Assembly: GCA_965153355.1 (NCBI GenBank)
Contig: OZ231126.1
Location: forward strand, 45,074,001-45,138,000
Source: Flaccisagitta enflata
Lineage: Eukaryota
Direction of reading: 5' to 3'
DNA length: 64,000 nt
Positions within the stretch are counted from its first letter, which is position 1, and each line of letters starts with the position of its first letter. Position numbers and translations under genes: made by a program. The notes under the pieces are model-generated. The model was given only the letters and a program-made list of their open reading frames with translations, was not told where the DNA came from and did no database searches. Below, piece after piece: positions 56,400 to 64,000 of the stretch.

Positions 56400-57010
56400 A
56401 ACAAGGTCGAATACGCGGCCAAGCAGTAGTCACTGGCGTGAGAGCATAGGCAGTAATGCGGGTGGGCAGGGGCAGCATTTTAGTGGGCGGGGGCCCGGGG
56501 CTGTTACCTATATGATTGGGCAGGGGCCGTTATGCTCAAAATTATTATTGCAGACAATTTCGCGTTATTCAAATTTTCGCGTTACCCTCCAACCTTCCGA
56601 CCATCCTTCTTAGGAACATAGCCTCTTTTAGAGTTGCCGCTTAGCCAGCGACTAAAAAAAGAGCGAAAGAAAGAGAGAAAGAAAGATTAAAAGAAAAACA
56701 AGGCCAGAGTTGTATGCGGGTGGGCAGGGGCAGTGATAAAAAAGGCTAACTCAAGCAATTGGGCAGGAGCAGTAATGTGAATGTCACTCAAAGACGTCAA
56801 AAACGCCGAAAAAGCTAAGGGCGACCAACCGACCAACATAGCGGGTTGTAGAGTAACAAGGCCGGATACACAGCCACCAGTTGCGGACGGGTGGGCAGGG
56901 GCGGAAATGCGCGTTTTCCCACTTTTTGACTCGATCACTTCTACGGACCGACCAACCGACCGACCGACTGACCGACAAAGCCTCTTATAGAGTTGCGTGT
57001 CCGCAACCAA
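56400..57010 (-). mobile_element. Stack of family A HINE-like elements (56400-56655, 56698-56855, 56856-57010)
   Basis: Repeated ACAAGG(T)C/GGGTGGGCAGGGGC/AGAGTTGC modules; the third copy truncates the 5' hairpin of the second. Confidence 0.7.
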
Positions 57011-57031
57011 AAAGAGAGAAAGAAAGACAAA

Positions 57032-57099
<68 letters not shown>

Positions 57100-57500
57100 A
57101 GAAAGAAAGAAAGAAAGAAAGAAAAAAGAGAATGAAAGAAAAAAAAGAGAAAAGGAAAGAAAGAAAAAAAAAGAGAAAAAAAAAGAAAGAAAAAAAAGAG
57201 AAAAAGAAAGTAAGAAAAAAAAGAGAAAAAGAAAGAAAGAAATAAAAAGAGAAAAAGAAAAAAAGAATAAAAGAACAAAAGAGAAAAAGAACAAAAGAAG
57301 AAAAAAGAAAAAAGAAAAAAGAAAAAAGAAAAAACGGAAGAAAGAAAGAAAAAAAAACAAAAGAGAAAAAGAAAGAAAGAGAGACCCACGGACCATCATA
57401 CAGACCGACAAAAGATGTAGTAGAATTGCGGGTCAGCAACTAAATATCCTCGACCCTAACCCGCGGCAGTCAATCCGATTTTGCCTTGTTTTTGATACTT

Positions 57501-57671
<171 letters not shown>

Positions 57672-57767
57672 TGTGTGTGTGCATGTTTGTTGAGAGGTGG
57701 AAAAAAGAACAATGAAATAACCTTCGAAACCTTCGAAAAAACGCTCTTTGATCGAGTCTGACAAATT

Positions 57768-57816
<49 letters not shown>

Positions 57817-59184
57817 TTCACTATCATCGATGTCGTCGTGCTCATCACATCCAACAGCATCATCAACCTTGTCATCATCATAGTCGTCGTCTTTGTTACC
57901 TGTAATGGCAACTGTCGCCGTGAGGAAAAAAGTCGTAAGCATTGATTACTTTCACCAAGCTTTTGTTTTTCATTACTGCAAGCTTCTTTTATTTGTTAGA
58001 GCAATTCAAGAGCAATTGTATGTATTGAATGCACTGAAAGTCAGAGAAAGATAGGACTGAGCCAAATGAGCTAGATGAGCTAAAATACTCAAAATCACTC
58101 ACCCAGACGATCAGCTTTACTCACTGACATGCTTCCTTATATTTGCATGCTCAGACACATATCAAAACATATATTTATAAATCCCATTCAAAATCAGAAA
58201 AAAGACTGAGCTAAATGAGCTAGAATACTCAAAAACACCCTCAAGATGCTTGTAAGACGGCGAACCTCTGAAGCTAACATTCTTTGTTTCAACGTGGGTC
58301 AAAATAAAAAATGGTTCCGAGTAAAACTTAATGATTATACTAAAAAAATCAGTGAAAAAGATAGATCTTAATATTATTTTGTACATGTCACATTCTATGA
58401 TTCTAATACAAAAATCAACTTAAGATGGCCAAAATTGATAAAAAAAGTTACTGCAAATTTCTGAAAATTTCATTTTTGTTCACTGACAAGGGATGGTCAA
58501 AATTCTAAGATGGTATAGAAAATGAAAAAATGAAAAAAAAGAAAACATAGTTCTCTTCTAAATTTGATTACATGAAGAACTATGTTTTTGAAAATGCAAA
58601 AAGTTTGCTGCATGAGTCTTAGATTTTTGACCACAGGAAAAGAAAACAAAATGAAAGCAAAATTTCACAAAAACCTTGATTTTCTTATTTTTTTTTTTTA
58701 TGTAATTTGCATATTTAAAGCTATTTGTGAGGTCAGCTTGTGACAAAGATGTACACATCAAGTGTCCCCAAAGACAATTTGCCTAAAAATCCAAAAAGTG
58801 GTTTAAAACACTAATTCATACCATCAATAATTCACTGATATAAACATGTTTCTCTGTATTTGCTCGCTCAAACAAACTTCAATACACTTCTTTATTGATC
58901 CTACAAAAAATAAAAAAAAATCTAAGAAAATCAATTAGAATTTTTTGTTAAAAAGATCTTTAAAAATTCATAACTTGAAAATTATTCGCAGTTTTTAAAC
59001 TCCTGCATAAGAAAATGAAAACCAAGTTTCTTTGGAATATGTCAAAAAGTCGAAGACTGACACCGACTTTTTTCCCGATCATCGCGATCATCGTATTTGT
59101 CATCGTGGTTATGATCTTTGTCGTTGTCGTGATCTTTCCCATCATTGTAATCGTCCATTTATAGTGAGACCATTTATTGGGAAA

Positions 59185-59688
59185 CAAGTGACTTGGGGTG
59201 GGCAGGGGCGTTCAACCCTCGTCCACACCCCAATCCTCACCCCCAACACACAAACATACGCTTGTTTTTTCCACTTTTCGACTCAATCATCACCGACGGA
59301 CAATTGGACGGACCAACGGACGGACAGACAAAGCCTCTTTATAGAGTTGCGTGTCTGCAACTAAAAATCGAAAAACTATTTCAATTTTTGAGTTCCGCTG
59401 AGGAATTAATTTTTCCTTTTTCCCTTAGGACAATTTTGGGAAGTTGGCACGGCTAGGTTCACCAGTGACAGACGGACGGACCAACACGGCAAGGTGTAGA
59501 GTCGCGAGTCCGCGACTAAAATGAAGGAAACAAAGAAGAAGAAGAAGAAGAAGAAGAAGAAGAAGAAGAAGAAGAAGAAGAAGAAGAAGAAGAAGAAGAA
59601 GAAGAAGAAGAAGAAGAAGAAGAAGACGACGACGACAAAGGCAAAAAAGAGGAAGAAGAAGAATAAGAAATCCTACTCTGTACTCCAT

Positions 59689-59754
<66 letters not shown>

Positions 59755-60805
59755 GTTTTGTTTTTTTTTTGTTTCGGACACGCAACTCTATAAGAGGCTT
59801 TGTCCATCCGTCCCTCCGTCGGGACCAACGGACCGACGTTGGTCCGTTGGTCTGTTTGTCTATCACGTTCAAGTTGTCACGCTTGAGTCAAAAACGCGAA
59901 AAAACTCGCATTTATGATGCCGCAGTTGGTGTATGTGTGTGTTGGAGGGGGGGGTGAGGCTGGGGGACTGAGATATGAATATGTTGAACATGTCATAGAA
60001 GGAAACACTGTGCAGCTGACGCATCAATTTGTCAGATCGAGCTTGTTTTTGCTCGGGTGCTACGCGACTCTTCACCCCACTACGTCCGTCCGTCCCTCTG
60101 CCTGACCATCGGTCGGTTGATCCTCTTTTTAGTTGCGAACACGCAACTCTATAGGAGGCTTTGTCTGTCTGTTGGTCCGTCCGTTGGTCCGTCCCTTGGT
60201 CATGACTCATGGTGATCGAGTTGGAAAGTGTGAAAACGCGCATTTCCACCCCAGCCCACCCGTCCGCAACTGGTATTGGCCGTGTATCTGGCCTTGTTAC
60301 ATTTTTGTATGTCCTATAGATCTTTGGCCTCACTATTCCCACTCAAATGCTGCCCCTGCCCACTCTCACGCGTTCGTCAAGAATGCATCTCTATAATCAG
60401 GTCTGTACGCAGGATAAATTGACAATTATGGGTATCGTTGCTGACAGGTGGGGGGGGGGGTGTCCAACACCCATCAGCACCCCCCACACCCATTGCGCCC
60501 CCCCCCAACAAACAACATCTCATTTCCTACTTCTTGACTCGTTCTTACAGATCAATGGACGGAACAGTGGACATGTAAACAAAGCCTATGTCTGAAAGTA
60601 AACAAGTGACGCGGGGTCACAATACCGTTGTGGACGGGTGGGCAGAACCATCCAACCCCCACACACTCAAACATACACAAAAAGAATCTGAAATGCTTGT
60701 TTTTCCCATTTTTCAACTTGATGTCCTCCGACAGACCAACGGACCAATGGACGGATGGACCGACCAACCGACAGACAAAGCCTTTAACAGAGTTGCATAT
60801 GAAAC
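59185..60805. mobile_element. Dense cluster of family A HINE-like copies in both orientations
   Basis: Termini and GGAC/GTCC microsatellites at ~59185-59365, 59470-59520, 59770, 60050, 60127-60298 and 60602-60805. Confidence 0.7.
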
Positions 60806-61210
60806 TAAACAGCGTAAAACGGAAGAGGCGTTGAAATTGCTCTTAATCGCTTTCGACCTGCTATAATCATATAGGATTTCTGTTTCTTTAATTTTTTTCT
60901 ATGAATGAATTTTAATTTTACTTTGAGCGGAAGGCGAGTCCCATCAGAAGACTTTTGTCCATCGAATACAAAAAGATGAGATAGGTAAGGTCACTTATAC
61001 TTGGAGACTTTTTGGTGCCGCGCGGGCTCTTTTTCGTTGCAATGAAAATAAGAAACATTGGGGTGGTTTTTGACACTGTTTCGATTAGTCTATGTATTGA
61101 GATGATGCATCAATATAGAGACGGATATGATCGCTGTTTCAGGGACCCACCGCACACCTTTTTGAATGCGCGAGAACACTTTAAAAAATTAAAGAGAGAT
61201 TTTAAAAATT

Positions 61211-61328
<118 letters not shown>

Positions 61329-61736
61329 GGGCAGCCTGGCTAAAACGCCATGACAAGGAATTTTAGACAAGGACAATGGGCATTATGAGGTTGGTCAGTC
61401 TGTTGGTTCGTCCGACGATCAGTCTGTGACAAAATCGGTGTTTACCGCTCCTGCCCACCCGCTTGTGACTAAAGTTGCCGTGTGTCTCGCCTTGTTTTGA
61501 CACTGCAGCTATAACCTGAACCACCAGCGAACCGGAGAACAATTGTCCTAATGGCCCACGCGCGTACGTGAACTGGAGGGAAATGTCGCTATAAATAGCA
61601 ATCACGAACTAATAAGGTCTTCTTGCAAAAATTACCTCGGAATAGAATGCTGCTGTTAAAACGTAAAAGTCTGAATGTGTGTGTGTGTGCGTGTTTGTGT
61701 TTAGGTCCGTGCGTGCGTGAATGTAGTTTTCTATCT

Positions 61737-61818
<82 letters not shown>

Positions 61819-62174
61819 TGACCGTGATTCTTCCCTTTCGCTGTTTTCTAATTCATCAAAATTTGCATCGTAGTTCTCTTTTTGACACTGCAGGTACGAC
61901 CAGAACCAATAATGAAGCGAACGACCGACTCTGCTGCCCGGCCCGCAAGCCGCCGTGAATGCGACATTACAAAACGTAATACTGCATTATAGGAGGTCAC
62001 TTTCATAAATTTCCACAACACTTTTTTTTTATAAGAACCGAGATTATAAGAACATTAGGCTTAAAATCCTCAAAAATTTAAGAACATGCTAAGAACATTG
62101 AAAGGTTTTATTTCTTCAAAAATTTTACAACGTGCTTAGTGTATTAAAAATATTATTTTTCTATAAAGATAAAC

Positions 62175-62855
62175 AAGGCCAACACCCATAAGTCGCGTGC
62201 GAGACTTACAGAATGACTTAGCATGACTTAGAATGACTTAGAATGACTTAGAATGACTTAGAATGACTTAGTATACTCTGAAATGACTTAAAATGAGTTA
62301 AGGGAATAAAATTGATAAAAAAAATAAAAGTGTGACGGACCGACAGACCAACCGATCAACCGACGGACGGACGGACAAAGCGGGGTGTAGAGTTGCGTGC
62401 ATGCAACTAAAAGCTGGTAATAATTTTGTAAGTTTCGCCTATTTACACTATTTTTGATACCCTTTTTAAACATTTCGACATTTTCTTCAATTTTTTTTAG
62501 AAGATAAACTCAAACCAATTAAGAACATTCTTAACAAAAAGTTAAAAACTGTTTGAACCAAAATTAATTCAAAAAAATTTAAATATTGAAACTACTTAAA
62601 GATTAAGAACATTGAAAGCTTGCCCAAAAAGTGATGTTCTTATATAACAATGCCGGATACATGGCTACCCCAGTCGCGTGCGGGAGGGCAGGGGCAGTGC
62701 GGGAGAAGGTCATAAGGGCATTTGGGCAGGAGCGGTAGGCTCAAAATGCTCAATGCCGAAAAAGTAAAAGGGGGACCGACCAACTAACTAAACGACCAAC
62801 CGACCGACGAATAGACATAGCAGGTTGTGGAGTCGAGTAGCACGCGACTAAAAAA
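62175..62855 (-). mobile_element. Two family A HINE-like copies (62175-62412 with a 10-bp AGAATGACTT array; 62648-62855)
   Basis: Shared termini; a related AAGTCATT array occurs in the copy at 44061-44440. Confidence 0.7.
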
Positions 62856-62997
62856 AGTGTACCTGGAGTATGGCACAAAGTGCTTGTGAATGGATAAATA
62901 ATCATAAAATATTAGGGACTGACTCAGACGATTGATGGACAAATCCGCATAAGGGTACAGCCCATGCCCATACCCGCAGTAATCTTAGAAAGTAATA

Positions 62998-63615
62998 CAG
63001 TACCTTCCAAGCAAACCCGGCTAAAACTGGAGGATTAATTTTTGTTATTATAATATCATTTCCCAAACTTCTTTTTTTGTATCTAGCTTAATTAAAAAAT
63101 ACTTAATTCCTTGAACATATCTGGCTGTTTAAAAAAAAAACTTGTGAAATCAAAATGCATGAAGACATCAATATGGAGTGTTCTAACCCACATCATTAGA
63201 TTCAGCAGAAAATTGTACCTATCCTAGACTACCAGAACAGCTCAGTCAGATAATTATTTCAGATTTTATGGCCGTTTAAAGTTTTTAAGGACAATTGTCT
63301 TAAATTATTTTGAGACAATTGTCCCTAAAAACTTTAAATGGCTATAAAATTTGAAATAATTTTCTAACTGAGCTGTTTTTGTAGTCTAGGATAGGTAAAA
63401 TTTTCTGCTGAATGCAATGGTCTGGGTTAGAACACTCCATCTTGATGTCTTCATGCACTTTGATTTCACAAGTTACGGTTTTTAACAGCCAAATATGTTT
63501 AAGGAATTAAGTATCTTTTAATTAAGTTAGATACAAAAAATGAAATTTAGGAAATGAAATTAAAGTAACAAAAATTAATCCTCCAGTTTTAGCCTGGTTT
63601 GCTCGGAAGGTACTG
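62998..63615. mobile_element. 618-bp near-perfect fold-back MITE with TA duplication
   Basis: TA|CAGTACCTTCCAAGCAAACC ... GGTTTGCTCGGAAGGTACTG|TA; arms pair to a centre at ~63306. Confidence 0.93.
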
Positions 63616-64000
63616 TACCTTGTTCTCTTTATGGATAGGGGGCACGATCTCAAGGCTACTCTGGAAGACCCATGTTGTAAAGAACTTCATTTAAAATTTG
63701 GTCAAGGCCACATGAAGCGCAAAACGACAGTGCAAAACAAAATTGGTAAGGTAAAATTGGCAATGAAAACTCGGAGACATTTACAGACAAAAACACACAC
63801 ACACACACACGCACACGCACACACACAAACACACCCCATAATTACCTTACAGTCACACAACGAACACACAACTAACACACACACAACAAAAACACAGAAC
63901 AAAGACACACAACAAAAACATACAAAACAAACACAAACAGAACAAACACAAACACAACAAACACAAACAGAACAAACACACACAGAACAAACACACACAG

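Overview
This is animal genomic DNA, very rich in microsatellites and non-autonomous transposons. The one firm protein gene is the 5' half of a minus-strand protocadherin-15/Cad99C-like cadherin. Six phase-consistent GT-AG exons run from an ATG at 4643 (signal peptide) off the left edge of the window. A decayed minus-strand C2H2 zinc-finger gene of about 20 fingers lies at 45502-49094, with an in-frame stop, frame breaks and a ~1.3 kb interruption. Scattered minus-strand exon candidates with tyrosine motifs (9.8-14 kb, 54.6-54.8 kb) may belong to unannotated genes, but I could not assemble them with confidence. Most of the rest is mobile DNA: (i) 25 or more DINE-1/HINE-like (Helentron-dependent) elements in several subfamilies whose terminal hairpins and subterminal inverted repeats co-vary, one group carrying 21-bp minisatellite arrays; (ii) several TA-flanked fold-back MITEs; (iii) a Tc1-type transposase relic with D35E spacing; (iv) a CAC-ended Transib-like element; (v) a ~520-bp CAT-ended element present twice with no visible target-site duplication. 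I found no clear-cut novel multi-gene system. The best leads are the TSD-less element, a hairpin module shared by elements with different termini, the HINE co-variation and the tyrosine-motif exon chain. All coordinates were read by eye; repeat boundaries may be off by a few bases.
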